Part shown: piece after piece, positions 51,263-62,887 of the stretch
How positions within the stretch are numbered: position 1 is the first letter of the stretch
Layout: every line of letters starts with the position of its first letter
Source of the DNA: an uncultured Actinomycetota bacterium
Lineage (GTDB): Bacteria > Actinomycetota > Actinomycetes > JAHEKZ01
Reading direction: 5' to 3'
DNA: 64,000 nucleotides
Assembly: GCA_963829525.1 (NCBI GenBank)
Contig: CAWHIJ010000003.1
Coordinates: forward strand, 800,001 to 864,000
Position numbers and translations under genes: made by a program
Notes under the pieces: model-generated
The model's input: only the letters and a program-made list of their open reading frames with translations
What the model was told of the DNA's origin: nothing
The model's database searches: none

Positions 51263-52651
51263 TCAACGACCGCCGCGCGCGAGCCGGTCGACATCGAGCG
51301 CCGCGTCGAGGTCTGACGCGGTGACGAGACCTTCGTCGACAAGCCGCTGTGCCGCGGAGCGAATCGTCACGCCACGTGCTGCGGCATCCTTCACCACTGC
51401 GGCTGCCGCGTCGTAGCCCACGAGCAGGTTGAGTGATGTGGCAATGGCTGGTGAGGATTCAGCGGACCGACGTAGCCGGTCGGGGTCGGTGGTGATTCCG
51501 GGGACATGTTGCAGCAATGCCTCGGCGCTCCCAGCCAGCAGGTGCACAGCGTCCACGACGTTGCAGCCGATCAGTGGCATGGCTGTGTTGAGCTGGAACG
51601 ACGAGGTGGTCGCGCCGATCGCTATGGCAGAGTCCAACCCGATGACCTGGCAGCACGCCTGGATGACTGCTTCTGGGATAACCGGGTTCACCTTCCCGGG
51701 CATGATGCTCGACCCTGGCTGGACGGCAGGCAACGTGATCTCGGCCAGGCCAGCACTGGGACCGGAGCTCATCCATCGCAGGTCGTTGCAGATCTTCATC
51801 AGCGAGATCGCAAGACCCCGCAAGACTCCGGAGGTCTCCACCAAGGCATCGCGGTTGGACTGCGCTTCCATCGCCGAGCGCGGTGTGGTGAGCACGATGC
51901 CGGATCGGTCGGCAACGCCGGCCATCGTCAGAGCTGCAAACTCGGGTGGAGCGTTGAGCCCTGTCCCGACAGCGGTACCACCGAGAGGGACCTCGAGGAG
52001 CCGAGGCACCGCTGACTCGATCCGGTTGATGCCCTGCCGTATCTGGCCTGCAAAGCCGCCGAACTCCTGGCCAAGCATCACCGGCGCTGCGTCCATCAGG
52101 TGCGTACGGCCAGGCTTGACGACGTCGGCCCACTGCTCGCTGCAGATGAATAGCGCGTCCTCCAGGCCCTGCAGATTGGGTATGAGGGTGTCCCTTAGGA
52201 GCACGGCGACGGCCAGATGGATCGCGGTGGGAAACGTGTCATTGCTCGACTGGGAGGCGTTGACGTGGTCGTTGGGGTGAACGCTGAGACCCGACGCCGC
52301 ACTGGCAAGGTGCGCGACAACTTCGTTGACGTTCATGTTGGTCGAGGTGCCCGAGCCTGTCTGAAAGCGGTCGACCGGGAACTGGTCGTCCTGAGTACCG
52401 GACGCCACCAGTTCGGCAGCCGCCACGATGGCGGCAGCAGTGTCGACGTCGACAACCCCGAGTCGTGCGTTGGCCTCGGCCGCCGCGGCCTTGATCGTGG
52501 CCAACGCGTGGACGATCTCTGGGGATACGGGCTCCCCGCTGATTCCAAAGTTGTGGACCGCCCGCTGGGTGCTTGCCCCCCAAAGCGCGTTGGCGGGAAC
52601 CTCGATGTCACCCAGCGAGTCGTGCTCGATCCTGCCCTCATGGTTCGTCAC
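51263..52651 (-). CDS. fumC: Class II fumarate hydratase
   Basis: QTGSGTSTNMN, HPNDHVN, GRTHLMDA, GSSIMPGKVNP. Confidence 0.92.
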   Translation of the reverse strand: MTNHEGRIEHDSLGDIEVPANALWGASTQRAVHNFGISGEPVSPEIVHALATIKAAAAEANARLGVVDVDTAAAIVAAAELVASGTQDDQFPVDRFQTGSGTSTNMNVNEVVAHLASAASGLSVHPNDHVNASQSSNDTFPTAIHLAVAVLLRDTLIPNLQGLEDALFICSEQWADVVKPGRTHLMDAAPVMLGQEFGGFAGQIRQGINRIESAVPRLLEVPLGGTAVGTGLNAPPEFAALTMAGVADRSGIVLTTPRSAMEAQSNRDALVETSGVLRGLAISLMKICNDLRWMSSGPSAGLAEITLPAVQPGSSIMPGKVNPVIPEAVIQACCQVIGLDSAIAIGATTSSFQLNTAMPLIGCNVVDAVHLLAGSAEALLQHVPGITTDPDRLRRSAESSPAIATSLNLLVGYDAAAAVVKDAAARGVTIRSAAQRLVDEGLVTASDLDAALDVDRLARGGR

Positions 52652-52675
52652 TTGGCCACCGTACGACCCCACGCC

Positions 52676-53881
52676 CTAGGAAGGCAGATAGAAGGTCAAC
52701 AGATCAGCCGATTGTGGGGGGAAGAGCTCACGCATGAGCTCCTCTTGGCGGCCCAGCAGCGCATCGGGAAAGCCCTCATCGACGGCGCCGGCACCGCCGC
52801 CAAAGAGCAGGGAGCCGAGCGCATCGAGGGGGATCCCGGAGCCACCCATCGACACTGGAGCTTGAAGGGGTCCTCCGCTGGTGACTTCCAGACGGTCAGA
52901 GCTCCAGACCAGACGCAGGTGCGAGCGGTAGAACGAAATCAGAGCTTCTCCCGTCTCGCGCCTCATTGCGTGCAGTCGTCGCAGCAGCTCGGGTGCGAGT
53001 GCGGTGAACAAGGCCGCCGGGTCGGAGATCCGGACGTAGTACCAGTCGGCTCGTTCGGCGTCCTGAGTCCGCTCGGCCAACCCTGGCACGTTTGGTCGAA
53101 CGCAGACGCGGGCAGATCCGTTGTCACCGGTGCGTTCAAGCGCGTGAACGAGTAGCGCGTCGGTCGCATCGGCGCTGACTGTAACGATCTCACCCACGTC
53201 GACTGACCCGTCATCGGCAAACACCCGTGCGAGCCCGACAGGATGACCGGTGCCATCGCGGACGAGCATCTGCTTGCTCGAGGCGTGCGTCACGATCCAT
53301 TGCCAGCAATCTTCGCTGTGCGGCATGGACACATCGAACGTTGACTGCAGCTGCTCCTGCAGGGCGTGGCAGGTGGCGATGTCATCGGTGGTTGCCGGAC
53401 GGACGGAGAAGCCTGGGGAAATCCCGATGTCTGGCGTGATGGTTGCCCAGGGGTGCATCGGGATCGAGTACGCGTACCCGAACTGTCGGTAGAAGTTTGG
53501 GATGCCGATCATGACCTGGAGCACGTGCCCGCGTGCCTTCGACAGATCGTGACATCGACCCATCAGTGCTCGTACGTACCCGCGGCCCTCGGCGTCCTTG
53601 GCGGTTGCCACCATCTCGATCTGACCGGCAGGGAGGACCACGCCACCCACACGCACCGTCTCGTCAAGCAGCGTCGCCATGGAGACGACGCGTCCGTTCA
53701 GCTCGACGACGCTGATCGACTCGAGTCCACCCGGCGTGCCGGCGACGAGCTCAAGGTCGATGGCGTCGTCTTCGCCCTCGCGGTCCGCCTCCAGCCGCAT
53801 CATCTCGGCAACATCCTCGGCCCCGGCGGAGCGAAGCACCGCACCATCCGGAAGCGTGGTCGATCGGCTGTCCTCGGGCAT
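52676..53881 (-). CDS. GNAT family acetyltransferase (Eis-like)
   Basis: VAT....GRGYVRALM, GIPNFYRQFGY. Confidence 0.8.
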   Translation of the reverse strand: MPEDSRSTTLPDGAVLRSAGAEDVAEMMRLEADREGEDDAIDLELVAGTPGGLESISVVELNGRVVSMATLLDETVRVGGVVLPAGQIEMVATAKDAEGRGYVRALMGRCHDLSKARGHVLQVMIGIPNFYRQFGYAYSIPMHPWATITPDIGISPGFSVRPATTDDIATCHALQEQLQSTFDVSMPHSEDCWQWIVTHASSKQMLVRDGTGHPVGLARVFADDGSVDVGEIVTVSADATDALLVHALERTGDNGSARVCVRPNVPGLAERTQDAERADWYYVRISDPAALFTALAPELLRRLHAMRRETGEALISFYRSHLRLVWSSDRLEVTSGGPLQAPVSMGGSGIPLDALGSLLFGGGAGAVDEGFPDALLGRQEELMRELFPPQSADLLTFYLPS

Positions 53882-53998
53882 GGAGCCCAGTCTGTCGGAG
53901 CCGGTCGATCACGTCGCCCGAATTGCAGGACGGGTGTCGGGACCAGTGACTCTGCCTGGCCGCTCGGGGCGGTCCTAGCGTGGAGTCAGGAGGTGGTG

Positions 53999-55309
53999 AT
54001 GATGACTGCCACCAAGACGTCCATGACTGTTCGTCAAGCCGCGTTCATCGGGGTCGGTGCGATGGTGGGGGCAGGGATTTTTGCCCTTTTGGGTCCCGCC
54101 GGTGCGATCGCCGGAGCTGCTGTGTGGGTCTCGTTCCTGATCGCTGGAATCATCGCTGGCCTGCAGGGCTACTCGTTCGGGAAGTTGGGTTCGAAGTTTC
54201 CCTCCGGTTCTGGCCTGATCGAGTACGTGTCGCGGGGATTCGGCGAGGGGCACTTCACCGGGATCACCGCCTGGATGGCCTTCGGCTCGCAGTTCATCGT
54301 CACCGCCATGGTGGCCACGTCCTTCGGTGGGTACGCCAGTGCGATGTTCACCGACGGGGACGTCTTTTGGGCCAAGGTATTCACCGCTCTGCTTGTCGTC
54401 GGTGTGGCGTTGTTGAACATCATCGGGACCAGCGCCGTGACCGTTGCACAAGGGATCATCGTGCGTGTCGTGATCGGCATTCTGGTGATCTTCTCGGCCG
54501 TCACACTCTTCACTGCCGACTGGTCGCTTCTTGCACCGTCTGGCTACCCCAGCCTTCGCGTCATTTTCTCCAGTGTCGCTCTGACCTTCTTTGCCTTCCT
54601 CGGATTCGGCGTCATTACCTTCACCGCTGGAGATCTGAAGGAGCCGAAGCGCGAGCTTCCCAAGGCGATCTACATCGCCCTGGGAATCGCGACGGTCGTC
54701 TACGTGGCAATCGCACTCGGTGTCTATGGGGCGTTGACCGTCGATCAGGCCATTGCCGCAGGCGACACCGCTGTGGCTGAGGCAGCAAAGCCGACTCTTG
54801 GGGACGCCGGCTACACACTGATGGCGGTAACGGCGCTCTTCGCCACCGCGGGTGCGACCAACTCCGGTATCTACCCAGCCGTTGGGCTCTCCAAAGACCT
54901 TGCGGCCAAGCGACAGTTCCCGCCGATCTTCGGCAAGGACTGGGGACGTGTACCTGTTGGCCTGGCTGTCATGGCGTTCGCCACCCTCGTCCTGGCCATG
55001 CTCTTCGACCTGACCGCGATTGCTTCTATTGGTAGCGCCGTCGCACTCCTGATCTTCACCTTTGTGACGATCTCGCACATCCGTGTCCGCCACGAGACTG
55101 GTGCGAAGCTTTGGTTGTTGGTGATTGGCCTCGTGACGCTGCTGGCCACCCTCTTCTCGTTCGCCACAACAACGCTCATCGAAGAGCCAGCGACGGCCTT
55201 CGCGCTGCTCGGTCTGCTCGGGCTGGCCATCGCGCTTGACTACGGGTGGAAGCGAGTGCGGCCCGCTCCAGCCCCCGGTGATGACCTCGTTACAGCTGAC
55301 TCGGTCTAG
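53999..55309 (+). CDS. APC family amino acid permease
   Basis: [18 protein letters not shown], about 12 TM; RBS AGGAGG. Confidence 0.9.
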   Translation: MMTATKTSMTVRQAAFIGVGAMVGAGIFALLGPAGAIAGAAVWVSFLIAGIIAGLQGYSFGKLGSKFPSGSGLIEYVSRGFGEGHFTGITAWMAFGSQFIVTAMVATSFGGYASAMFTDGDVFWAKVFTALLVVGVALLNIIGTSAVTVAQGIIVRVVIGILVIFSAVTLFTADWSLLAPSGYPSLRVIFSSVALTFFAFLGFGVITFTAGDLKEPKRELPKAIYIALGIATVVYVAIALGVYGALTVDQAIAAGDTAVAEAAKPTLGDAGYTLMAVTALFATAGATNSGIYPAVGLSKDLAAKRQFPPIFGKDWGRVPVGLAVMAFATLVLAMLFDLTAIASIGSAVALLIFTFVTISHIRVRHETGAKLWLLVIGLVTLLATLFSFATTTLIEEPATAFALLGLLGLAIALDYGWKRVRPAPAPGDDLVTADSV

Positions 55310-56958
55310 GCGGGCGGGCCCACGGGGATAGAGGTGAGAGTCGGTTTGCTCGTTTCAGCGAAGAAGTCGTTGCCCTTGTCGTCGACCACGATGAAGGCGG
55401 GGAAATCTTCGACTTCGATCTTCCAGACCGCTTCCATTCCCAGCTCGGCGAACTCAAGCACGTCAACCTTCTTGATGACGTCCTGCGCCAGCCTTGCGGC
55501 GGGGCCTCCGATCGATCCCAGGTAGAAGCCGCCGTTGTCGTGGCAAGCTTTGGTGACTTGTCTCGAGCGGTTTCCCTTGGCCAGCATGACGTAGGAACCG
55601 CCGGCCTTCTGGAACTCGTCGACGTACGAGTCCATTCGACCGGCTGTGGTTGGGCCGAATGAGCCTGAGGCATACCCCTCGGGTGTCTTCGCCGGGCCGG
55701 CGTAGTAGACGACGTTGTCGCGAAGGTACGACGGCATCGGATCGCCGGCGTCAAGTAGGGCCTTGATCTTCGCGTGGGCGATATCGCGCGCGACGACAAC
55801 CGGCCCAGAGAGGGAGAGACGCGTCTTCACTGGGTAGCGGCTGAGTTCCTTACGAATCTCAGACATGGGGCGGTTGAGGTCGACGTGGACGACGTCGTCG
55901 TCGAGGTGATCGTCGGTGACCTCGGGCAGGTAGTGGGCCGGGTCGGTCTCGAGTTGCTCGAGAAAGACCCCGTCAGCGGTAATCTTCCCTTTCGCCTGGC
56001 GGTCTGCCGAGCAGGAGACGGCGATAGCAATCGGCAGGCTCGCGCCGTGGCGGGGGAGGCGGATGACCCGGACGTCGTGGCAGAAGTACTTGCCACCGAA
56101 CTGCGCGCCGATCCCGAACTGACGAGTTAGCTCGAGGATCTCGGCCTCGAGGGCGGTGTCGCGGATGCCATGTCCGGCCATAGACCCCTCGGTCGGCAGG
56201 GTGTCGAGATAGCGCGCGCTGGCGAGCTTGGCGGTCTTCAGCGCTGCCTCGGCGCTGGTTCCACCGATGACGACGGCGAGGTGGTACGGCGGGCACGCTG
56301 CGGTTCCGAGACCACGGAGCTTCTCGTCGAGGAAGCGACGCATCGCCTCTGGGTTGAGGACCGCCTTCGTCTCCTGGAACAGGAAGGACTTGTTTGCGCT
56401 CCCGCCGCCCTTGGCCATGAGCAGGAAGTGGTACTCGTCTCCGTCGGTGGCGTAGAGGTCGATCTGGGCCGGCAGGTTTGTTCCAGTGTTTGTCTCGTCC
56501 CACGTGGAGAGCGGCGCCATCTGCGAGTAGCGAAGGTTGAGCCTGGTGTAGGCGTCATAGATTCCCTTGCTGAGAGCCTCGCTGTCACCCCCGCCTGTGA
56601 TGACCCGTTCACCCTTCTTTCCCATGACGATGGCGGTGCCAGTGTCCTGGCACATCGGGAGCACGCCTCCGGCTGAGATATTGGCGTTCTTCAGCAGGTC
56701 AAGAGCGACGAACCGGTCGTTGGGGCTGGCCTCAGGGTCGTCGAGGATGGTGCGCAGCTGTTGCAGGTGGCCGGGGCGCAGATAGTGGGCGATGTCGTGC
56801 ATGCCCTCATACGCGAGCCGCGTGAGCGCGTCCGGGTGGACGCGCAGGAACTGGTGGCCAGCCGCGTCGAAGGTCTCGATCCCATCGGTGGTGAGGAGGC
56901 GGTATGGCGTCTCCTGCGGACCGAGGGGCAGCAGGTCGGAGTAGGTGAAGTCGGCCAT
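55306..56958 (-). CDS. Class I (Fe-S) fumarate hydratase
   Basis: [40 protein letters not shown]. Confidence 0.94.
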   Translation of the reverse strand: MADFTYSDLLPLGPQETPYRLLTTDGIETFDAAGHQFLRVHPDALTRLAYEGMHDIAHYLRPGHLQQLRTILDDPEASPNDRFVALDLLKNANISAGGVLPMCQDTGTAIVMGKKGERVITGGGDSEALSKGIYDAYTRLNLRYSQMAPLSTWDETNTGTNLPAQIDLYATDGDEYHFLLMAKGGGSANKSFLFQETKAVLNPEAMRRFLDEKLRGLGTAACPPYHLAVVIGGTSAEAALKTAKLASARYLDTLPTEGSMAGHGIRDTALEAEILELTRQFGIGAQFGGKYFCHDVRVIRLPRHGASLPIAIAVSCSADRQAKGKITADGVFLEQLETDPAHYLPEVTDDHLDDDVVHVDLNRPMSEIRKELSRYPVKTRLSLSGPVVVARDIAHAKIKALLDAGDPMPSYLRDNVVYYAGPAKTPEGYASGSFGPTTAGRMDSYVDEFQKAGGSYVMLAKGNRSRQVTKACHDNGGFYLGSIGGPAARLAQDVIKKVDVLEFAELGMEAVWKIEVEDFPAFIVVDDKGNDFFAETSKPTLTSIPVGPPA

Positions 56959-56999
56959 GGCCCCAGGGTAGGAGAACCACTAGATGGTGCCGAACGTGG

Positions 57000-58253
57000 C
57001 TAGGTGCTCCACGTCCAGGACCAGAGTCGCGTCACGTACTTCGGGCGTGTGCGCCGAGTGAGATCGGCGCCGACCAAGCCGCGTGAAGCGGTGGCATCGA
57101 AGGAAGTCCATGAGGTGAACTGGCGAGGAGGCAAACTCCACCTGAACTTCCACGCCTTCACGCCTGATCGACCAATGTTGCCCATCACGAAGGTCTCGTG
57201 CTTGGCCGCCGCTACACGGTGGAAATAGGTGACCGAGCCGCCTCGAAGCGCCGATAGCTGCGACGCCGCCGAGATGTGCCGCTGCCACAGCCGTTCACCA
57301 GAGGGCTTCCAACGCTCCACCACCCCCGGACCGATCGGCTCTTGGATACCACCGCCGTCCAGCATTCCCGATACGTAGAGGCGTCCGTTTGATGCGCTCA
57401 CCGACGTGAACATGTCTCCATTGGGCTCAGTCCTGCCGTCGATGCGGCGGGCCCAGAGGCGCCGGCCACTGTGGACTCCATACGCCGCGATGAAGGCGTT
57501 GGACTCCTGGCCCTTGTTGAGCGTGGTGCCCACTACCACCACGGATCCGTTCACCACGGCGACGTCGGACGGGAGCACTTGCCGCACGTGGGGGTCGGCG
57601 AAGCGGAGCCGCTGGTTCCACAGCGGCTGTCCCCGACGATCGAGCACGTGCACGGAGCCTTGGCCGACCGTTCGCGAACAGCAGCTGACTCCATGCTGCA
57701 GGCTGAACGCGATATGACCGCCCGTGGCGTCTATTCCGGTCACATGAAGATGACGCGGTTCGAGACCTGAAGCTCTTCGAGGACAACCGGCTACCCAGTG
57801 GGTCCACCTGCGATCACCGCTCAGTGAGTAGCCCCGTACGAAGGAGGGACCCGCAGCGCCGGGTTCATCCCCCTGACAGACCGCTGTGCCTGCGAGGTAG
57901 ACCGCGTGATCTTTCCGGCTCACGGCGATTCTCTCACCCGTCAGTCCCTTGACTGCCCCGCCAGACCCAGATGCTGACACCGACCACCGTGTCGCTCCGC
58001 CAGGCGTCAATCGTCTGAGGGAGTATGCGAACGGGGCGGAGGAATCCCTGTTGGCGAGGATGATCGAGCTGCCGCCAGGGCCGAACGAGACGTCGATCGG
58101 CTCGCCTGGTCGTTCAAGGGTCCTGATCCAGTTCACCTGTGCGGTGATCGTGGGCGTTTGTGCCGAAGTGCCGCCGACAGCAACGCCGGCACCCAGGGGC
58201 ACCAGGGCCATGGTCGTTGCTGCGGCCATGAAGGAACGAAGCTTTCGAGTCAT
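57000..58253 (-). CDS. Secreted beta-propeller-like hypothetical protein
   Basis: Signal peptide; repeated G..(R/L)W blade ends (GATRW, GDRRW, GQPLW, GRRLW, GERLW, GVKAW). Confidence 0.7.
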   Translation of the reverse strand: MTRKLRSFMAAATTMALVPLGAGVAVGGTSAQTPTITAQVNWIRTLERPGEPIDVSFGPGGSSIILANRDSSAPFAYSLRRLTPGGATRWSVSASGSGGAVKGLTGERIAVSRKDHAVYLAGTAVCQGDEPGAAGPSFVRGYSLSGDRRWTHWVAGCPRRASGLEPRHLHVTGIDATGGHIAFSLQHGVSCCSRTVGQGSVHVLDRRGQPLWNQRLRFADPHVRQVLPSDVAVVNGSVVVVGTTLNKGQESNAFIAAYGVHSGRRLWARRIDGRTEPNGDMFTSVSASNGRLYVSGMLDGGGIQEPIGPGVVERWKPSGERLWQRHISAASQLSALRGGSVTYFHRVAAAKHETFVMGNIGRSGVKAWKFRWSLPPRQFTSWTSFDATASRGLVGADLTRRTRPKYVTRLWSWTWST

Positions 58254-58315
58254 AGCTCCACCTCGCGCCACCCAGTTTGCGGCCGGTGAGGTGCGACGTC
58301 CTGAGGCGAAGGTCC

Positions 58316-59104
58316 TCAGTCGACGAGGCGGGCTCGCAGTCGGCGAACGGCCACTGCCCAGGTGATCAGCGCGAAAGCGGTCAGGAACAAGACGTGGTAG
58401 AGGTCATCGGGCCATTGCCACCCGAAGCAGGCGTCGCGCACCAGCTGAACGCAGTGGTAGAGCGGGTTGAAGTGCGCGGCTACCTGCAACCCTGGTGGCA
58501 GGTTGGTGATCGGGAAGAACGTGCCCGCAACGAGGAAAAGCGGTGTCAGGACGATCGAGGTGACGTAGGTCGTCTCGTCGATCGTCTTGATGACGGCCGA
58601 GACCCACATGCCGAAGAAGGCGAACCCCAGACCGGTCAAGAAACCGATGAAGGGCACCAGCAGCATTCCCCATGACGGTGTCAGTCCGAAGAACATGGTG
58701 ACGACTAGAGGGAAGGAACCGTAGAAACCGGCTTTGGCGGCGATCCACGAACCCTCCGCGAGTGCCAGTTCGTCGACGGTCACGGGGGCAGCCAGCAGCG
58801 CATCGTAGGTGCGCTGAAACACGCGTCGCACGTAGGTGTTGAACATGCCGGGGAACGCCGAGGCGAAGAGCACCGCCGTGGCCACTGATCCGGTGCCGAC
58901 GAACTCGACGTATGAGATGCCGCCGACCTGCGTGACGAGCGTGCCGACGCCAAGCCCGAACGCCAGTAGATAGATGACTGGCTGCACGACCGACGAGGAC
59001 GTAGTCGACAACCAGTAGCGCTTGAACAGGGTGAACTCGCGGTTCCAGATGCCCTCGAAGGTGGCCCACTCGTAGCGTTTGGCGCCTCTGGCAGCGCTGC
59101 TCAT
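58316..59104 (-). CDS. ABC-2 type permease (NodJ-like)
   Basis: YLLAFGLG.G, FVGTG, TYDALLAAP, GTFFP, NPLYH. Confidence 0.88.
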   Translation of the reverse strand: MSSAARGAKRYEWATFEGIWNREFTLFKRYWLSTTSSSVVQPVIYLLAFGLGVGTLVTQVGGISYVEFVGTGSVATAVLFASAFPGMFNTYVRRVFQRTYDALLAAPVTVDELALAEGSWIAAKAGFYGSFPLVVTMFFGLTPSWGMLLVPFIGFLTGLGFAFFGMWVSAVIKTIDETTYVTSIVLTPLFLVAGTFFPITNLPPGLQVAAHFNPLYHCVQLVRDACFGWQWPDDLYHVLFLTAFALITWAVAVRRLRARLVD

Positions 59105-60012
59105 TCCAGCACCTCACCGGTCAGCAGAACGAAGACGTCCTCGAGCGAGGCAACCCGGTGGACGCCTTCGCCGAACCCCTCCAGCAACTCATCGGAAGCC
59201 TCTTCGGAGCGGAGCACCGCGATCGATGGCCCGGTGCGCCTGGTGGCCAACCCGGCTTCCTGGGCAGCGCGTTGGATGGCGCCCAACTTGTCCGGGGGAC
59301 CGTAGAACTCGGTGGCTCGAGACCCAACGTGGGCGGTCCGCAGCTCGTGCGGCGTTCCCCTGGCGACGATGGATCCGTGCGACATGACGGCAACGTCGTC
59401 GGCAAGCCGCTCGGCCTCCTCGATGTAGTGCGTCGACATCAGCACGGTCGTCCCTTGCGACCGGAGGGCATCGATCAGCGACCACAGCTCTTGCCGGACC
59501 TGAGGGTCAAGACCGACCGTCGGCTCGTCCAACAGCACGAGCTCTGGGTCGTGGACGAGTCCTCGGGCGATCAGCAGTCGACGTTTCATGCCGCCGGACA
59601 GCTCGGTGACCTTCGCCGTTCGCCGGTCACGCAACTGGGCGAGGGCAAGAGCCTGCTCGACGGCGGCCCGTCGCTCACGTCGGGGAACCCGGTACAGCGC
59701 CGCGAACGTCGTTAGGTTCTGCTCCACGGTCATCTCGGTGTCCAGGTTGTCCATCTGCGGGACCACGCCCATGCGTGCCCTGGCCTGTTTGGAGTCTTTC
59801 GTGACGTCGTAGCCCAGCACCTGGATCGCCCCAGACGTCGGCCGGGTCTGACCGGTGAGCATGCGCATGGTGGTGGACTTGCCGGCACCGTTGGGGCCGA
59901 GCAGTCCGAGAACGATCCCTGACGGCACGGTAAGTGAAAGGCCGTTGACCGCCGTGATCGGCCCGAATGCCTTGACGACCTGATCGAGAACGATCGCGGC
60001 ATCAGCGCTCAG
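59101..60012 (-). CDS. ABC transporter ATP-binding protein (NodI-like); start atypical
   Basis: [28 protein letters not shown]; coding-like sequence extends upstream of the first GTG to a CTG at 60012. Confidence 0.88.
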   Translation of the reverse strand: MSADAAIVLDQVVKAFGPITAVNGLSLTVPSGIVLGLLGPNGAGKSTTMRMLTGQTRPTSGAIQVLGYDVTKDSKQARARMGVVPQMDNLDTEMTVEQNLTTFAALYRVPRRERRAAVEQALALAQLRDRRTAKVTELSGGMKRRLLIARGLVHDPELVLLDEPTVGLDPQVRQELWSLIDALRSQGTTVLMSTHYIEEAERLADDVAVMSHGSIVARGTPHELRTAHVGSRATEFYGPPDKLGAIQRAAQEAGLATRRTGPSIAVLRSEEASDELLEGFGEGVHRVASLEDVFVLLTGEVLE

Positions 60013-61010
60013 AACTGCACCGCCGCGTACTTGCGCAGCTTGCCGAGGCGGTGGTCACTTTCCATGAACCGGATGGTGCCGCTCTTGCTGCGCATCACAA
60101 GGGTCTGCGTCGTCGCACCCTCCGCGTGGAACCGGACCCCCTTCAGCAGTTCGCCGTCGGTAATACCGGTCGCTGCAAAGAACGCGTTGTCACTCGAGAC
60201 GAGGTCGTCGGTGGCAAGGACCCGTGACATGTCGTGGCCGGCGTCGATCGCCTTCTGACGCTCGTCGTCGTCGGTGGGCCAGAGCCGCCCCTGGATCACG
60301 CCGCCGAGGCACTTGATCGCGACGGCGGAGATGATTCCCTCGGGAGTGCCACCGATTCCGAGCAGCAGGTCCACGCCGGTGTCCTCGCGGCACGCCATGA
60401 TCGCTCCGGCGACGTCTCCGTCGGAGATGAACTTGATCCGGGCACCTGTGTCGCGGATCTCCTGGACCAGGCTTTCGTGTCGCGGCCGGTCGAGGATGCA
60501 GACCGTGACGTCCTGCACCTCGATCTTCTTTGCCTTGGCGACCCGGCGGATGTTCTCCTTCGCCGGCAGTCGGATGTCGACGACGTCAGCCGACTCGGGG
60601 CCGGCGGCCAGCTTCTCCATGTAGAAGACCGCCGACGGGTCGAACATCGTGCCGCGCTCGGCGACCGCAATCACTGAGACCGCGTTGTTCATCCCCTTGG
60701 CGGTGAGCGTGGTGCCGTCGACCGGGTCGACGGCGACGTCGACGTCCGGCCCCGTGCCGTCGCCGACCTTCTCGCCGTTGAACAGCATGGGGGCGTCGTC
60801 CTTCTCGCCCTCACCGATGACGACTGTGCCGTTCATGCTGACCGTGTTGATCAGGGCCCGCATGGCCTCGACAGCGGCGCCGTCCGCGCCGTTCTTGTCG
60901 CCGCGTCCCACCCATCGAGAGGCGGCAACGGCGGCGGCCTCGGTGACACGGCCCAGCTCGAGGCCCAGGTTGCGGTCGGGCGTCTCCGGCTTGTTGGTCT
61001 GGTCGGTCAC
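60009..61010 (-). CDS. glpX: Class II fructose-1,6-bisphosphatase
   Basis: [40 protein letters not shown]. Confidence 0.96.
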   Translation of the reverse strand: MTDQTNKPETPDRNLGLELGRVTEAAAVAASRWVGRGDKNGADGAAVEAMRALINTVSMNGTVVIGEGEKDDAPMLFNGEKVGDGTGPDVDVAVDPVDGTTLTAKGMNNAVSVIAVAERGTMFDPSAVFYMEKLAAGPESADVVDIRLPAKENIRRVAKAKKIEVQDVTVCILDRPRHESLVQEIRDTGARIKFISDGDVAGAIMACREDTGVDLLLGIGGTPEGIISAVAIKCLGGVIQGRLWPTDDDERQKAIDAGHDMSRVLATDDLVSSDNAFFAATGITDGELLKGVRFHAEGATTQTLVMRSKSGTIRFMESDHRLGKLRKYAAVQF

Positions 61011-61025
61011 GGTGGTCCCCTCGGG

Positions 61026-62276
61026 TTGACTGGAGTCGATCGTATCGGGGGCCGGTCGGGGGTCGCCTACGCTGAGGCCGTGGACTCTGGTCAAGTGGCG
61101 GCGAGGGCGTCCGGCCCGATGGCCGGCTTCCGGTTCGACCGCCACGAGTGGTCGGGCGCCGTGGCCGATCTCGGCGTCATGGTCCCCATCGCCGTCGCAC
61201 TGATCGTGTCCAACGGCCTTGCCCCCACCGCCGTGCTGCTGCCTCCAGCGCTGCTGTATGTAGTGAGCGCCTTCCGTTACCGCCTTCCTATCCCCGTGCA
61301 ACCGCTCAAGGCGTTCGGTGCCATCGCGATCGCGCTTGGTCTGGGCGTCGACGAGATAGCGGCTGGAGCGATCCTTATGGGCGTCGTCTTCGTATCACTC
61401 GGAATGACGGGGCTACTGGATCGCGTCGCCTCAGTCTTTCCCCGGTCGGTGATCCGAGGCGTCCAAATCGCGGTCGGGCTGATCTTCCTGAAGATCGCAT
61501 GGGGCCTGGTCATTGACCCGCCGTCCTCGTTTGAGGTCCCCGAGGTCTCCGGCTGGTGGCTGTTGACTGCCGGGATCGTCGTTGGCTCCGTTGCCTGGTT
61601 GGGGCGTCGACACGGGGCCGGGCTGGTGGTAGTCGTCATCGGTCTGGCGGCCGCCGTCATCACCGGGTGGTCCGACCTCGCTTTCGGGCCGTCGGCGTTG
61701 CCGTTGCCGTCATTCTCCGTAGATGCCTTCGTTGCCGCCGCTACTGCACTCGTCCTCCCGCAGCTACCGCTGACGTTTGCCAACTCGTGCCTGGCGCCCG
61801 CGGACGCCGCACGCGTCTACTTCGGTGAAGAGGCGGCGAAGCGGGTCACCCCCAGCAGGCTTGCCGTAAGCCTCGGAGCGGCCGACCTGGTCGCCGGGGC
61901 GATCGGTGGCATGCCGGTGTGCCACGGCGCCGGCGGGCTCACCGCCCATCGGTCGTTCGGCGCCCGAAGCGGCGGGGCTCCCTTCATCATGGGGGTCACC
62001 CTTCTGGTGCTCGGGGTCGGCTTTGGCGCCGGGCTCGCTGGAGTGCTGGCGCACTTTCCGGTCTCGATCCTTGCGGGGCTGCTGGCTGTCGCCGGGCTGT
62101 TGCACCTGACGTTGGCTCGAGACCTCCGGTTGCCACGCGACTGGCTCGTGGCGGTGATCGTCGGCGCCTTCGGTCTGATGGGGCAGCTGGCTCTGGGCCT
62201 GGTGATCGGGCTGGCACTGGCATGGCTGTTCGGACGCCTGCCTTCTACGTCCGCCGCGCCCCGTCGCGACCGATGA
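61026..62276 (+). CDS. Putative sulfate/molybdate transporter (MOT1-like); start uncertain
   Basis: [36 protein letters not shown]. Confidence 0.85.
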   Translation: MTGVDRIGGRSGVAYAEAVDSGQVAARASGPMAGFRFDRHEWSGAVADLGVMVPIAVALIVSNGLAPTAVLLPPALLYVVSAFRYRLPIPVQPLKAFGAIAIALGLGVDEIAAGAILMGVVFVSLGMTGLLDRVASVFPRSVIRGVQIAVGLIFLKIAWGLVIDPPSSFEVPEVSGWWLLTAGIVVGSVAWLGRRHGAGLVVVVIGLAAAVITGWSDLAFGPSALPLPSFSVDAFVAAATALVLPQLPLTFANSCLAPADAARVYFGEEAAKRVTPSRLAVSLGAADLVAGAIGGMPVCHGAGGLTAHRSFGARSGGAPFIMGVTLLVLGVGFGAGLAGVLAHFPVSILAGLLAVAGLLHLTLARDLRLPRDWLVAVIVGAFGLMGQLALGLVIGLALAWLFGRLPSTSAAPRRDR

Positions 62277-62290
62277 GGGACGATGGAGGC

Positions 62291-62887
62291 ATGTCCACCC
62301 CGCCCAGCCTGTCTCAGACCAATGCGCCTCAGCGCAAACGTCCCCGCGGGTTCGAGACGACCCGTGACATGGTCCTGTCGATGGCCGTGGTCGGCGCCGT
62401 GGTGTTCGCAGGCTTCTGGTTCGTGGCCTGGCAGCGCCCTGAGGTTCAGGGCTCGGCGCTTCCCCTGGTGGACGTTGAGCAGGTCTTCACCGAGGTCCGG
62501 TGGGGCGACACCTTTCCGGTCATGGAGCCTGTTGGGCTGCCCGATGGCTGGACCCCGACCAGCGCGTGGTTCGACACCGAGCAGGTTTCCGGCGACGTCG
62601 GGGGTGGCGTGCTGCACGTCGGCTACCTGACTCCGGCTGGCTCGTACGCCGAGCTACGCCAGACCGACGGCGATGCCGCTGCGGCTGTCGACGACTGGGT
62701 CGACGGCGCGGTCCCCGCGGGCGACGTCCGGATTGGTGATGCGACCTGGCAGCTGGTCGAGTCCGAGGAGACTGGGAAGCAAGGAATAGTGCTGACCGAT
62801 CGCGGGGTCACGATTGTCGTGACGGGCAAGGCTGAGCAGGGCGAGCTCGAGGAGCTGGCGGGCTCGTTGCGTGACGAGATGCCCTAG
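62291..62887 (+). CDS. DUF4245 family protein
   Basis: RDMVLSM + TM, LPDGWTPTSA, HVGYLTP, VVTG. Confidence 0.85.
   Translation: MSTPPSLSQTNAPQRKRPRGFETTRDMVLSMAVVGAVVFAGFWFVAWQRPEVQGSALPLVDVEQVFTEVRWGDTFPVMEPVGLPDGWTPTSAWFDTEQVSGDVGGGVLHVGYLTPAGSYAELRQTDGDAAAAVDDWVDGAVPAGDVRIGDATWQLVESEETGKQGIVLTDRGVTIVVTGKAEQGELEELAGSLRDEMP

Noticed and set aside
53366-53998. N-terminal 211-aa extension of the APC permease in the ORF track
   Set aside because: Overlaps the GNAT gene on the opposite strand; a clear RBS and ATG lie at 53999.
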